This document shows, piece by piece, positions 53,824 through 63,827 of a stretch of DNA of 64,000 nucleotides. The notes under the pieces are model-generated. The model made no database searches, was not told where the DNA came from, and saw only the letters and a program-made list of their open reading frames with translations. Source of the stretch: Candidatus Staskawiczbacteria bacterium (GTDB taxonomy: Bacteria > Patescibacteriota > Minisyncoccia > Minisyncoccales > Staskawiczbacteraceae); contig JAHFKV010000001.1 of NCBI GenBank assembly GCA_023245155.1, forward strand, positions 75,034 through 139,033, written 5' to 3'. Every line of letters starts with the position of its first letter. Within the stretch, counting starts at the first letter, position 1. The translations under genes and the position numbers were made by a program.

Positions 53824-54144
53824 CTATAAACCAAGGGCAAAACGGATGAGACCTACCAAAGAGAAGGCTACCAGGCCCACAAACACCCCAGCTACCGCCC
53901 ACACTAACGCTTTATTGGCTTCGTGTATTTTAGTGGCATCACCATGAGCAAAAAGATATTTTATGCCAGCGTAAAGCAACATAACAACTACTAAACCGCT
54001 AAACACCGGCCACACCACCATGTTTAAAAGCCTATCAATAATGCCGACCAACCAGGCATCGGGGGCGGGAGGAGCCGCTAACGTCGCTACCGGAAGTAAC
54101 AAAAAAAGTATGGGGGAAAGTAGGAGAAATAATTTCTTGTTCAT
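53824..54144 (-). CDS. Small VirB2/TrbC-like (T4SS-pilin-like) membrane protein, paralog 1
   Basis: MNKK signal peptide plus two TM helices joined by the loop ...FAHGDATKIHEANKALVWAVAG. Confidence 0.65.
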   Translation of the reverse strand: MNKKLFLLLSPILFLLLPVATLAAPPAPDAWLVGIIDRLLNMVVWPVFSGLVVVMLLYAGIKYLFAHGDATKIHEANKALVWAVAGVFVGLVAFSLVGLIRFALGL

Positions 54145-54167
54145 TTTTTATATGCAAAGTGAATACA

Positions 54168-54506
54168 CTAAAGGTTAAGCGCAAATCTGACAATAGCAAT
54201 CATGGAAAATGCCATGAGAATTATGGCTACACCGGCAATTCCCCAGATTAAAGCTTTCCGAGCCGTGGCAATATCATCTGGCTTTCCTTGGGCGGTAAAA
54301 AACATAAAAGCAATGATAATAAAATAGATGACAACCACTGCAGCAACCACCGGCCAAATAAAATTGAAAATGGCATTAATAATCTCCGCAGGCACGACAT
54401 TCGGAGCCCATTGATTAGGTAGGGCATCCGGTACCCAAGCCAAAGCAAACACGGGCGCTAGTAAGAATGTAATTGTCGTTAAAGTTGTAACTAATTTCTT
54501 ATTCAT
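54168..54506 (-). CDS. T4SS-pilin-like membrane protein, paralog 2
   Basis: Start trimmed to MNKKLVTTL; loop FFTAQGKPDDIATARKALIWGIAG. Confidence 0.65.
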   Translation of the reverse strand: MNKKLVTTLTTITFLLAPVFALAWVPDALPNQWAPNVVPAEIINAIFNFIWPVVAAVVVIYFIIIAFMFFTAQGKPDDIATARKALIWGIAGVAIILMAFSMIAIVRFALNL

Positions 54507-54522
54507 ATATGTGGGCTTCGGG

Positions 54523-54547
54523 GCGCCGTCCGCTAAGCGGACGGCGC
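54523..54547 (-). other. GC-rich intercistronic hairpin (11-bp stem, 3-nt loop)
   Basis: GCGCCGTCCGC-taa-GCGGACGGCGC between pilin paralogs 3 and 2. Its core resembles the hairpin at 10837..10853. Confidence 0.7.
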
Positions 54548-54572
54548 TCATTAAGCCAAAAAAGTTAATCTA

Positions 54573-54908
54573 TTACACTCCTAAGGTGTTTCTGACGATA
54601 AACGGAATTGACCAAGCCAAGAAAAGCACTACGGTTCCAGCTACTGCCCAAATAACCGCTTGTCGGGCATCGTTCACTTTTTCTGGATTGCCCTGGGCGG
54701 TAAAGAACATGAAAGCTGCAATCGTATACAAGATGATAACTGCTATCATAATCACCGGCCAGATGAATCCAACCACCAAGTCAATCACACTGCCAATAGA
54801 AAGCCCTGCATTCGTTGCTGGAGGAGGACCAGCGTTAAAGGCCATGGCGGCAAATGGCAAGGCGAACATGACTGCCAAGGTTGTCGCTGCAACTAATTTT
54901 TTATTCAT
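54573..54908 (-). CDS. T4SS-pilin-like membrane protein, paralog 3
   Basis: MNKKLVAATTLAVMFALPFAAMA signal; loop FFTAQGNPEKVNDARQAVIWAVAG. Confidence 0.65.
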   Translation of the reverse strand: MNKKLVAATTLAVMFALPFAAMAFNAGPPPATNAGLSIGSVIDLVVGFIWPVIMIAVIILYTIAAFMFFTAQGNPEKVNDARQAVIWAVAGTVVLFLAWSIPFIVRNTLGV

Positions 54909-54968
54909 AGTATTTCAAATAATTAATTATATATTCCGACCTTTTATATTATTTCTAGCATTTGTATA

Positions 54969-55340
54969 TTATGGAGGCGGCGTGGCTCCTATGACATTTC
55001 TGATGACTGCAACCAATCCCGCGCCGGCCAAGGAAATTCCCACCCCTATTACTGCCCACAATAAAGCTTTCTTTGCCTTTTCAAGCCTGCCTTCGTTTCC
55101 TGCGGAAGTCACAAATAGTATTCCCGCCCAAACGAACATTAACGCAGCCAGTGCTCCTATAATCGTGGTGACAAAGCTCGTAATGGCGGCTATTAACGTA
55201 GGAAAGCTGTCAACACAACCATTACTTCCGGTTCCGCCCGGGCATAAAGGATTTGGCAAGGCAACGGAATCCGCCAGCACCGCCCCCGAAAGACTGATCA
55301 GGGCAACACACGAAACGATAAAAATGACTTTCTTATTCAT
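54969..55340 (-). CDS. T4SS-pilin-like membrane protein, paralog 4
   Basis: MNKKVIFIVS signal, a Cys pair in the mature N-terminus, loop FVTSAGNEGRLEKAKKALLWAVIG. Confidence 0.65.
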   Translation of the reverse strand: MNKKVIFIVSCVALISLSGAVLADSVALPNPLCPGGTGSNGCVDSFPTLIAAITSFVTTIIGALAALMFVWAGILFVTSAGNEGRLEKAKKALLWAVIGVGISLAGAGLVAVIRNVIGATPPP

Positions 55341-55828
55341 TTTGTAAAAACTAAGCCGTAATGATGATCCCCGGCGGCAAACTCCTTTTCTAGCGAAAGA
55401 CCTGATTGGTGTGCCAGAGCCTTAACCGCTTCCGGCTTCACCTTTTCAAACCAATCAATCACCAAGACCCTGCCACCTGGTTTTATCACTCTTACCGCTT
55501 CTTGTAGTATTTTATCCTTATTTTCCGCCTGAAACAATACGTTAGTTATCAACACCACGTCTAATTGGCCATTTTGTAACCCCGAACCCCCTTTGGCCTC
55601 TAAATCACCGTGGACTGTCAGAATATTTTTTACGTGCTGATGAGCTATTTTAGCCTTCAGGGCTGACAACTTTTCTTCTTGGATATCTAAAGCATACACC
55701 CGGCCCTTGTTCAATTTTTTAGCCAGCGCAATAGAAAAATCAGCGGCCCCGCAACCGAACTCAGCGGCTGACATACTGTCTTTCAAATCAAGATTACTAA
55801 GCACTTGCCCCACGTTTAAAAAATCCAT
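55337..55828 (-). CDS. Class I SAM-dependent methyltransferase (163 aa)
   Basis: Motif I AEFGCGAADFS and motif II-like VYALDI. The stop overlaps the start of pilin paralog 4 (ATGA). Confidence 0.8.
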   Translation of the reverse strand: MDFLNVGQVLSNLDLKDSMSAAEFGCGAADFSIALAKKLNKGRVYALDIQEEKLSALKAKIAHQHVKNILTVHGDLEAKGGSGLQNGQLDVVLITNVLFQAENKDKILQEAVRVIKPGGRVLVIDWFEKVKPEAVKALAHQSGLSLEKEFAAGDHHYGLVFTK

Positions 55829-55847
55829 TGCTTTATTGTACCAAATC

Positions 55848-58397
55848 TTATTCTTTCACGCACGTTCCTGAAGCCACTTTGTCGCCGGCATCCAACCTCA
55901 TAATCCTTACGCCCTGGGTGGCCCGGCCCAAAACAGAAATAGATTTGGTGGCAGTACGGATTACCTGGCCATGCTGGGAAATAACAATCAAATCTTCTTC
56001 ATCCGCTGATTCGTGCAGTATATAAGAAAGCATAATCTGGCCGGTTTTTGGTGTGATGTTGGCTGTTTTGATTCCACTGCCACCGCGTCCTTGAGTTTTA
56101 TACTCACCAATGTCCGTCCTTTTTCCATAGCCATTTTCCATCACTACCAGTAAATATTGATTAATCTTTTTACCATCTTTATCTTTGAGTTCTTCATTAA
56201 TCACATCCATGCCCACCACCTCGTCTCCCTTTTTTAGTTTTAGTCCTTTAACTCCGGCAGCGCCCCTGCCCATGGGTCGGATGTCTTTTTCTTTAAACCG
56301 AATAGCAATTCCTTGCTTAGTCGCCAGAATAATATCATCACTGCCGCTAGTCTTCACCACTTTTTTAAGCGCATCTCCTTGTTCCAATTTAATGGCAATA
56401 ATGCCGGATTTTCTGACATTTTCAAATTCTTCCAGACTGGTTTTTTTAATTCTACCATTTTTGGTAACCATGACTAAATATCTCTCTGCCTTGGGCGCAT
56501 CTTTTGCAGTTTTTTGAACCGGCACCAAGCTCAACACTTTTTCTTCCGTAGCAATATCCAAGAAGTTTGCCACGCCTCGTCCGCGAGCCACACGAGTGCC
56601 CTCGGGGATTTCAAATACTTGTGTCTGGAATACTTTTCCAGAGTCCGTAAAGAACAGTAAATTATCATGAGTCGAAGCGCTCAAAAAATGCTCAACAATA
56701 TCCTCTTGCATGGTCTTCATACCTATAATTCCCTTACCTCCGCGTTTTTGAATTTTATAGGTGGCCGGATTAATGCGCTTAATATATCCGCCGGTGGTTA
56801 GCGTCACGATGGTTTCTTCCAGTGGCACCAAATCAATTTCACTGACTTCACCCAACTTCCCTTTGACAACCTTGGTTCTTCTTTTATCCCCAAATTTTTC
56901 CTTTAATTCCGTAAACTCCTTTTTCATCAAAGCGCGCAATTTTTCCGGACTCTTTAAGATAGCCATCAGCTCTTTAATTAACGCCAAAATAGCTTTTAGT
57001 TCTTCTTCAATTTTTAATCTTTCCAATCCCGCCAATGTTTGCAGCCTCATTTCCAAAATCGCCACCGCCTGCTTTTCTGACAGTTTAAACTTTTTAATTA
57101 AGTTTACTTTAGCATCTTCCCGGTCTTTAGAATTTTTAATAACCTTAATAACTGCGTCAATATTGTTTAGGGCAATCATCAAGCCTTCCAGAATGTGAGC
57201 GCGATCCTGCGCTTTTTGCAAATCAAACTTTGTCCTACGAATAATAACCTCTGTTCGGTGCTTAATAAAATATTTAAGCACATCTGAAATACTCAAAATT
57301 TCCGGTTGGATTCCGTCCACCAGGGCCAGTAAATTTAAGTGGAATGTTTTTTGCAAACTCGTTAATTGGTAGAGCCTATTTAAAACCCGTTCAGCTTGGT
57401 AACCTTTTTTAATATCAATAATAATGGCCATACCAGCCCGGTCAGACAAATCTTTAATGTCGCGAATGCCATCTACTTTTTTTTCTGAAACCAATTCCGC
57501 CATTTGCTCAACTAAGCTGGACTTTAACACCTGATACGGAATTTCCGAAATAATAATTTGTTCGGATTCATCTTTTTTAGTGGTAATTTCAGCTTTACCT
57601 CGCATCACAATGGCGCCCTTGCCCTGTGAGTAGGCTTCAATAATGCCTTTTTGGTCGTAAATAATGCCGCCGGTTGGAAAATCTGGTCCCTGAATAAATT
57701 GGAATAAATCGGGCGTCTCGGCTTTTTCGTGGTCTAGTAAATACATGACTGAATCGAGTAATTCCGTTAAATTGTGCGGTGGAATGTTGGTGGCCATACC
57801 CACGGCAATTCCCAGCGAACCATTTAACAAAAGTTGAGGTACGGGCGAAGGCAAAACAGTTGGTTCCCGGTGCGTGCCATCATAATTGTCCATAAAGTTG
57901 ACCGTATCTTTTTCAATATCTTGCAACATAAATTCACCCAGCTTGGATAACTTGGACTCGGTATACCTTGAAGCAGCCGCACCATCCCCGTCAATTGAAC
58001 CAAAATTTCCTTGAGGATTTACCAGAGGATATCGTAAGTTAAAATCTTGTGCCATTCTGACCAGCGAATCATAAATGGCCATATCTCCGTGCGGATGATA
58101 TTTAGCCATTACCTCTCCTACCACGGCCGCACATTTTCTGAATTTTGCCGAAGCGCCAAGACCTAGCTCATTCATGGCATACAAAATTTTCCGGTGGACG
58201 GGCTTTAAACCGTCACGCACATCCGGCAACGCCCGGGCCACAATTACCGACATAGCATAGTCGATATATGATTCTTTGAGCTCGGTCACAATTTCACGCC
58301 TACTGATATTACCAATGGCGTTGGTCGCTTGATCAGCATGTTCTTCCAATTTCTTCGCAGTTGGTTTTTTTTCTTTTTCCTCTTTTTCTTTAGCCAT
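55848..58397 (-). CDS. gyrA: DNA gyrase subunit A
   Basis: [18 protein letters not shown], active-site context AASRYTE and a C-terminal beta-pinwheel. Confidence 0.97.
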   Translation of the reverse strand: MAKEKEEKEKKPTAKKLEEHADQATNAIGNISRREIVTELKESYIDYAMSVIVARALPDVRDGLKPVHRKILYAMNELGLGASAKFRKCAAVVGEVMAKYHPHGDMAIYDSLVRMAQDFNLRYPLVNPQGNFGSIDGDGAAASRYTESKLSKLGEFMLQDIEKDTVNFMDNYDGTHREPTVLPSPVPQLLLNGSLGIAVGMATNIPPHNLTELLDSVMYLLDHEKAETPDLFQFIQGPDFPTGGIIYDQKGIIEAYSQGKGAIVMRGKAEITTKKDESEQIIISEIPYQVLKSSLVEQMAELVSEKKVDGIRDIKDLSDRAGMAIIIDIKKGYQAERVLNRLYQLTSLQKTFHLNLLALVDGIQPEILSISDVLKYFIKHRTEVIIRRTKFDLQKAQDRAHILEGLMIALNNIDAVIKVIKNSKDREDAKVNLIKKFKLSEKQAVAILEMRLQTLAGLERLKIEEELKAILALIKELMAILKSPEKLRALMKKEFTELKEKFGDKRRTKVVKGKLGEVSEIDLVPLEETIVTLTTGGYIKRINPATYKIQKRGGKGIIGMKTMQEDIVEHFLSASTHDNLLFFTDSGKVFQTQVFEIPEGTRVARGRGVANFLDIATEEKVLSLVPVQKTAKDAPKAERYLVMVTKNGRIKKTSLEEFENVRKSGIIAIKLEQGDALKKVVKTSGSDDIILATKQGIAIRFKEKDIRPMGRGAAGVKGLKLKKGDEVVGMDVINEELKDKDGKKINQYLLVVMENGYGKRTDIGEYKTQGRGGSGIKTANITPKTGQIMLSYILHESADEEDLIVISQHGQVIRTATKSISVLGRATQGVRIMRLDAGDKVASGTCVKE

Positions 58398-58399
58398 GA

Positions 58400-59038
58400 T
58401 TATTTTGTAAATTTAAAGGTTGAAATCATTTTCCTGAAAATGGGCAGGTATTCTTGATATTTAGTTCCAGCAGAAATATTAATATTTTTTTCTGGTATGT
58501 AAATAGTAATTTCCCATAATGGTCCTTCGCTCATGGATTTAAGATGCATCTGTTCATAAGAAATATCTTTTGCGCCAAAACCGTTGATTATTGTTTCGCT
58601 TTCTATGAAGTTTTCCGTGTTACTGCTATCTGAGGTAATCTTTTTCAAATCTGATAATTCTTGATTCAAATTATCAAACTTTCTCACAATCAAAGCCCCT
58701 TTTCCATCTTTTTGGACAAAACCAGGAGAAACTTGGGAATCCTGGGCAGTAAAATCCAACGGATATTCCAGGCTAAAACCTAAACTTTCACTCGTATACA
58801 TCTTCCAATCAGCAGTCTCATCTTGGGGTTTCCCTAATTTTTTTAACGAATCAGGAACTTGCACGTTGGGCAGCGGTACGGGAATTCCCACATTTTTTAA
58901 TTTTGAAAAATCATGGATAACCAAACGCATTCCCACAAATCCAGCAATCAAAGCCGCAACACCCATTATTACAAAAAAAATAATTATTTTCTGGCGGTCT
59001 GGCAAGCTGCGCAGCTTTTCTAAAAAATCCCTTATCAT
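58400..59038 (-). CDS. Hypothetical membrane-anchored protein
   Basis: 212 aa with a single N-terminal TM helix. No recognisable family. Confidence 0.5.
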   Translation of the reverse strand: MIRDFLEKLRSLPDRQKIIIFFVIMGVAALIAGFVGMRLVIHDFSKLKNVGIPVPLPNVQVPDSLKKLGKPQDETADWKMYTSESLGFSLEYPLDFTAQDSQVSPGFVQKDGKGALIVRKFDNLNQELSDLKKITSDSSNTENFIESETIINGFGAKDISYEQMHLKSMSEGPLWEITIYIPEKNINISAGTKYQEYLPIFRKMISTFKFTK

Positions 59039-59694
59039 GGCTGCAAAATAACAATTTCCATATCACTTTCTTTTGGCAAGGCACTTGCTTTAATGGTTAA
59101 CTTATCTTGAACTGGCGTTTCTTTTTTCCCCATAGCTTTTAAAAATGCTTCCACTCCCTCAAGATCAATTTTTAACTTTGGAAGACCATAATGCATGGGA
59201 ATCACTATTTTCGGCTCTATTTGTCCTATCAACTTCAAAGCTTCACTTGAAGAAATGGTGTGTTTCCCGCCTACTGGAATCATCAAAATATCCACATGTC
59301 CTATCTTTTCTAACTGGTCATCAGTTAACTGTTTCTGACCCAAGTCGCCCAAATGGCATATGCGCATGTCTTCTGCTTCAATAACAAACATGGTGTTCCT
59401 GCCGTGTTCTTTGCCGTCCACGTCATCATGGAATGAATCAATTCCCTGCACAAACACCCCGTTTTTTTCGTATTCCCCCGGCCCTTCAATTACGAATGGT
59501 TTGCCTTTAATCCCCTTTATATTATTATGGTCAGCATGGCTATGAGAAACCAGAAGAATATCAGCGTTAAAACCAGGCATTTTTAAGCCGATTTTTTCAT
59601 CAAACGGGTCAATGACAATATCAGAGGCACCATCTTTGGATGCTGCAAGAGAAATTTGGAAACACGACTGCCCAGCCCAAGTTATTTTGGCCAT
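59035..59694 (-). CDS. MBL-fold metal-dependent hydrolase
   Basis: HSHADH motif; 219 aa. Confidence 0.8.
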   Translation of the reverse strand: MAKITWAGQSCFQISLAASKDGASDIVIDPFDEKIGLKMPGFNADILLVSHSHADHNNIKGIKGKPFVIEGPGEYEKNGVFVQGIDSFHDDVDGKEHGRNTMFVIEAEDMRICHLGDLGQKQLTDDQLEKIGHVDILMIPVGGKHTISSSEALKLIGQIEPKIVIPMHYGLPKLKIDLEGVEAFLKAMGKKETPVQDKLTIKASALPKESDMEIVILQP

Positions 59695-59744
59695 AGATGT
59701 AATGTATATGCCATTTTATCATGGGGCACTTTTTAGTTCAACTA

Positions 59745-59772
59745 TTGCAGAATTATAAAAATACTGTATAGT
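59745..59772 (+). promoter_or_regulatory. Sigma70-like promoter upstream of rpsA (TTGCAG-16-TATAGT)
   Basis: Read directly from the sequence, about 70 nt upstream of the ATG at 59844. Confidence 0.45.
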
Positions 59773-59843
59773 ATACGTACTGCCTTAGCGTGAAGCGACT
59801 ATGGCGCAAGAGCAGTTTATACCATTTACGGTCGCAGAAAATT

Positions 59844-60923
59844 ATGAAAGAAGAAATAAAAAAAGTAGTGAAAGAAGGGTCAACGAGCCCGCAGTTAGGT
59901 TCACTAGTAGAAGGCAAAGTTATTGGCAGGGATCGTTCTGCGCTATACATTGACCTGGGCCCCCAGGGCACGGGCATTATTTTCGGCAAAGAATTTTATT
60001 TGGCCAAGGATGCAATTAAAGATTTGGCTGTGGGCGATACCGTGCATGCCAAAATCGTGGAAATGGAAAATGAAGACGGTTACCGTGAATTGTCATTACA
60101 AGATGCTACCAAAGACTTAAATTGGCAAAAATTGCGCGATTTGAAAGCTAGTGGGGAAATCATCCCGGTAAAAATTACTGGAGTAAATAAGGGAGGCCTT
60201 TTGACCAGCGTTAATAATATGGCGGCTTTTTTGCCAGTTTCGCAATTATCTCCGGAAAATTATCCCAGAGTAGCAGATGCTGATAAAGCCAAAATTTTAA
60301 AAGAGCTGCAAAAATTCGTCGGCAAAACCCTGGAAGTCAAAGTGCTGGACTTGTTGGCCGAAGAAAACAAGCTTATTTTATCTGAAAAAGCCAAAACGGA
60401 GCAGGCTATTAAGGAAATGCTGGCTAATTACAATAAAGGCGATGTTATTGAAGGAAAAATCACCGGTATTGCCGACTTTGGCGTGTTTATTAAATTCCCC
60501 GCTACTGAAACTGGTGTTGCTGAAAAATCTATTGAGGGCTTGATCCACATTTCAGAATTAGACTGGCAATTAGTGCAAAACCCGGCTGAAATGGTGAAGG
60601 TGGGCGAAATTGTCAAAGCCAAAATCATTGATATCACCAATAATCAGGTGTTTCTTTCATTGAAAGCTCTAAAGGAAAACCCTTGGGAAAAAATTGAAAA
60701 AGAATACAAGAAAGGTGATAGCATCAAAGGGAAAGTGATTTCGTTCAGCCCATTTGGGGCGTTTGTAGAAGTGCTGCCAAAAATCAGGGGCTTGTGCCAC
60801 ATTTCAGAGTTTGCTTCGCAGACTGAAATGGAGGGCGCGCTGAAAGTAGGTGAAGAATATCAGTTTGAGATTTTACTGATTGAATCCAAAGAACACCGGA
60901 TGAGTTTGAAATTAAAAAAGTAA
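59844..60923 (+). CDS. rpsA: 30S ribosomal protein S1 (four S1 domains)
   Basis: Repeated S1 motifs (GSLVEGKVI..., GDVIEGKITGIADFGVFIKF, GDSIKGKVISFSPFGAFVEV). The start is trimmed to MKEEIKK. Confidence 0.85.
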   Translation: MKEEIKKVVKEGSTSPQLGSLVEGKVIGRDRSALYIDLGPQGTGIIFGKEFYLAKDAIKDLAVGDTVHAKIVEMENEDGYRELSLQDATKDLNWQKLRDLKASGEIIPVKITGVNKGGLLTSVNNMAAFLPVSQLSPENYPRVADADKAKILKELQKFVGKTLEVKVLDLLAEENKLILSEKAKTEQAIKEMLANYNKGDVIEGKITGIADFGVFIKFPATETGVAEKSIEGLIHISELDWQLVQNPAEMVKVGEIVKAKIIDITNNQVFLSLKALKENPWEKIEKEYKKGDSIKGKVISFSPFGAFVEVLPKIRGLCHISEFASQTEMEGALKVGEEYQFEILLIESKEHRMSLKLKK

Positions 60924-60926
60924 CTT

Positions 60927-60963
60927 AAACGGCGCCCCGACCACGGTCGGGGCGCCGTTTTTG
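60927..60963 (+). terminator. Strong rho-independent terminator
   Basis: CGGCGCCCCGACC-acg-GGTCGGGGCGCCG followed by TTTTT. Confidence 0.9.
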
Positions 60964-61032
60964 ATTGCATATTCGTATTATTGAATTACCTAGTCAGGTA
61001 TGTTACATTGAATGATAAAATTTGAATATTTC

Positions 61033-62877
61033 ATGAAAATCAACCCTTTAGTAAAAAACTTTATCTTGGTTATTGTCATCCTCCTAATTGCGGGAGGCGT
61101 ATTTAGCGTGCTTTACTTGCCTAGCGAAAAAACAAACCAAATTTCGCTTTCCCAATTGGTGACTGACATTAATGCCGAAAAAGTTAAGAAGATCACGGTT
61201 TCGGGCGACAGCGTAGCAGTAACCTATACTAATGACAAGACTGCCGACTCCATGAAAGAATCAAACTCGGTGTTAAGCGATACGTTGGTGGGGCTTGGCG
61301 CCGACAAAGCCAAATTGCAAAAAGTAGAAATTTCAGCATCCATCCAGCAAGAGTCCGTTTGGTCATGGCTACTGCCAGCATTGTTGTATGGTATTTTACC
61401 GCTTTTATTAATTGGGTTTTTCTTGTGGACTATGACCAAGCAGGCTCGAGGCGGTGCAGCTCAAGTGTTTGACTTTACCCGAGCCAAGGCTAAAATTTTT
61501 GGTGCTGAAGGACATAGCAAAGAAAAAATCACCTTTAAAGATGTGGCCGGATTAAAAGAGGCTAAGGAAGAATTAATGGAAATCGTGGACTTTTTAAAAT
61601 TCCCCAAAAAGTATTTGGCCATGGGGGCCAAAATCCCAAGGGGAGTGCTATTGCTTGGCCAAGCCGGCGTTGGAAAAACATTACTTGCGCGTGCGGTGGC
61701 TGGAGAAGCCAACGTGCCGTTTTTCAGCATTTCGGGTTCAGAATTCGTGGAAATGTTCGTGGGGGTAGGATCAGCCCGCGTACGGGATCTTTTTGCCATG
61801 GCCAAAAAAGCTAGCCCTTCTATTATTTTCATTGATGAACTTGATGCCATCGGCCGGCACCGGGGCATTGGCATGGGCGGCGGGCATGATGAACGCGAAC
61901 AAACCCTGAACATGATTTTAGTGGAAATGGATGGCTTTGAAAAAGAAACCGGCGTAATCGTAATGGCAGCCACCAACCGAGGCGACATCTTAGACGCTGC
62001 GTTACTTAGGCCAGGCCGGTTTGATCGGAAAATCACCCTTGACCCGCCTGATGTCCATGACCGCGAAGCCATTTTGCGCATTCATTCCAAAGAAAAACCG
62101 CTGGCTGAAAATATTAATTTTAAAGAAATTGCTGAACGCACTCCCGGTTTCTCCGGAGCAGATTTAGCCAATGTGGCCAACGAAGCCGCGCTGCTAGCTG
62201 CCCGGGAAAACAAAACTCATATTTTTCAGCAAGACTTTTTAGAAGCCATTGAAAAGGTGTTACTTGGGCCCGAAAGGAAGAGCCACATCTTGAGTAAGAA
62301 AGAAAAAGAAATTGTAGCTTATCACGAAGCCGGCCACGCCTTAGTTTCTGCCTCCCAGCCGGGAACTGAGCCCGTCCGTAAAATTTCTATCATTTCCCGC
62401 GGTATGGCGGGCGGCTACACCCTGCAACTGCCCTCAGAAGAGAATAAGCTGCGCACCAAAACCCAATTTTTAGCCGAAATTGCCACCTTGCTGGGCGGCA
62501 TGGCGGCCGAGCGCTTAATCTTTGGTGAAATGACCACCGGCGCCAGCAATGACTTGGAAAAAGCTTCGCATTTGGCCCGCCGAATCGTGAAAGACTGGGG
62601 CATGTCTTCCCTTGGTCCGATTTCCTTTGATGATAAAGAAAATATCATGATGGGGGTAGGCACCGAAAATAATTATTCTGAAGCAGTGGCTGAAAAGATT
62701 GATAAAGAGATTGAAGAATTGATACGGTCAGCCGAAAAAAAGGCGGCAGAAATTGTGGCCAAGCGCAAAGATTTATTAACCAAAATTGCCAAAACTCTGA
62801 TTGAAAAAGAAACTATCGAACGCGAAGAATTTGAGAAGATAATAGGAATAAAAAATGGGAAAACTGCCAAAAAATAA
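61033..62877 (+). CDS. ftsH: ATP-dependent zinc metalloprotease FtsH
   Basis: Walker A GQAGVGKT, the SRH region and the HEAGHAL zinc motif. Confidence 0.95.
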   Translation: MKINPLVKNFILVIVILLIAGGVFSVLYLPSEKTNQISLSQLVTDINAEKVKKITVSGDSVAVTYTNDKTADSMKESNSVLSDTLVGLGADKAKLQKVEISASIQQESVWSWLLPALLYGILPLLLIGFFLWTMTKQARGGAAQVFDFTRAKAKIFGAEGHSKEKITFKDVAGLKEAKEELMEIVDFLKFPKKYLAMGAKIPRGVLLLGQAGVGKTLLARAVAGEANVPFFSISGSEFVEMFVGVGSARVRDLFAMAKKASPSIIFIDELDAIGRHRGIGMGGGHDEREQTLNMILVEMDGFEKETGVIVMAATNRGDILDAALLRPGRFDRKITLDPPDVHDREAILRIHSKEKPLAENINFKEIAERTPGFSGADLANVANEAALLAARENKTHIFQQDFLEAIEKVLLGPERKSHILSKKEKEIVAYHEAGHALVSASQPGTEPVRKISIISRGMAGGYTLQLPSEENKLRTKTQFLAEIATLLGGMAAERLIFGEMTTGASNDLEKASHLARRIVKDWGMSSLGPISFDDKENIMMGVGTENNYSEAVAEKIDKEIEELIRSAEKKAAEIVAKRKDLLTKIAKTLIEKETIEREEFEKIIGIKNGKTAKK

Positions 62878-62886
62878 GGCAGGTTT

Positions 62887-62963
62887 GGGCCTGTAGCTCA
62901 ACTGGCTAGAGCAGACGACTTATACTCGTCCGGTTGGGGGTTCGAGTCCCTCCGGGCCCACCA
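62887..62963 (+). tRNA. tRNA-Ile(UAU)
   Basis: GGGCCTGTAGCTCAACTGGCTAGAGC... (Ile-like body), anticodon arm GACGA-CTTATAC-TCGTC. The encoded CCA's final A is the A of the next ATG. Confidence 0.85.
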
Positions 62964-63748
62964 TGGATAAAAAAGAAATGAAAAGCTTCCAGAAAATTGT
63001 CTGGGATTTTTACAAGAAGAACAAGCGCAGTTTCCCTTGGAGAGAGACGCAAGATCCTTACAAAATCTTAGTTTCGGAAGTAATGCTGCAACAGACCCAG
63101 GCAGACAGGGTAGTAAGATATTACGAACGATGGCTGAAACGTTTTCCAGATATAGCTTCTTTAGCAAAAGCATCCTTTAGCGAAATTTATCCTTTGTGGC
63201 AAGGGCTAGGATATAATCGCCGTGGATTGGCACTGAAAAAAGCTGCCGAGAAAGCAGTTGCAGAATATGGTGGGAAGTTACCAAAGAATGTCGCAAAGTT
63301 GGAAGAGTTTCCGGGTGTTGGGCCATATACCGCCCGCGCGGTGAGTATTTTTTCTTTCAATGCACCGATTGTTTGCATTGAAACGAATATCCGCCGAGTT
63401 TTTATTTATCATTTCTTTAAAGATAAAAAGAATATTGAAGATGAAGAAATTTTGACCATCGCCGAAAAATGTGTTGATGCAAAAAACAATCGCGAATGGC
63501 ATTGGGCATTAATGGACTATGGCGCATATTTAAAAACCCAAATCCCAAACCCCAACCGCCGCGCAAAAAATTATTCTATCCAATCAAAGTTTGAAGGCTC
63601 GTTGCGCCAAATCCGCGGTAGAATACTGAAAAACTTGGCAACCGGTCCCAAAACCGTATACCAGCTTAAAGCCAAAAAAATTATTCTGCAAGCCCTTGAA
63701 AAAGAGGGGCTTGTAACGTATAAAAATAAGAAATACTGCCTAGCTTAA
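62963..63748 (+). CDS. HhH-GPD DNA glycosylase (MutY/Nth family), with no Fe-S cysteines and no NUDIX domain
   Basis: VSEVMLQQTQADRV, HhH LEEFPGVGPYTARAV and the catalytic region ALMDYGA. The usual C-x6-C-x2-C-x5-C cluster is absent. Confidence 0.8.
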   Translation: MDKKEMKSFQKIVWDFYKKNKRSFPWRETQDPYKILVSEVMLQQTQADRVVRYYERWLKRFPDIASLAKASFSEIYPLWQGLGYNRRGLALKKAAEKAVAEYGGKLPKNVAKLEEFPGVGPYTARAVSIFSFNAPIVCIETNIRRVFIYHFFKDKKNIEDEEILTIAEKCVDAKNNREWHWALMDYGAYLKTQIPNPNRRAKNYSIQSKFEGSLRQIRGRILKNLATGPKTVYQLKAKKIILQALEKEGLVTYKNKKYCLA

Positions 63749-63752
63749 GCAG

Positions 63753-63827
63753 GCGCGATTAGCTCAGTGGTAGAGCATCTACTTGACGTGTAGAGGGTCG
63801 GGGGTCCAATTCCCTCATCGCGCACCA
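63753..63827 (+). tRNA. tRNA-Val(GAC)
   Basis: Acceptor GCGCGAT/ATCGCGC, anticodon arm TCTAC-TTGACGT-GTAGA. The encoded CCA overlaps the next ATG. Confidence 0.88.

Noticed and set aside
54511-55347. 278-aa plus-strand ORF across the pilin-paralog cluster. Similar long antisense ORFs occur at 61461..62081, 15481..16053, 16671..17183, 35336..35890, 20838..21284, 23835..24314, 24348..24812 and 26603..27109.
   Set aside because: All lie antisense to, or out of frame with, strongly supported genes. They have low-complexity or Ser/Arg/Pro-rich composition typical of shadow ORFs, and none shows a recognisable motif.
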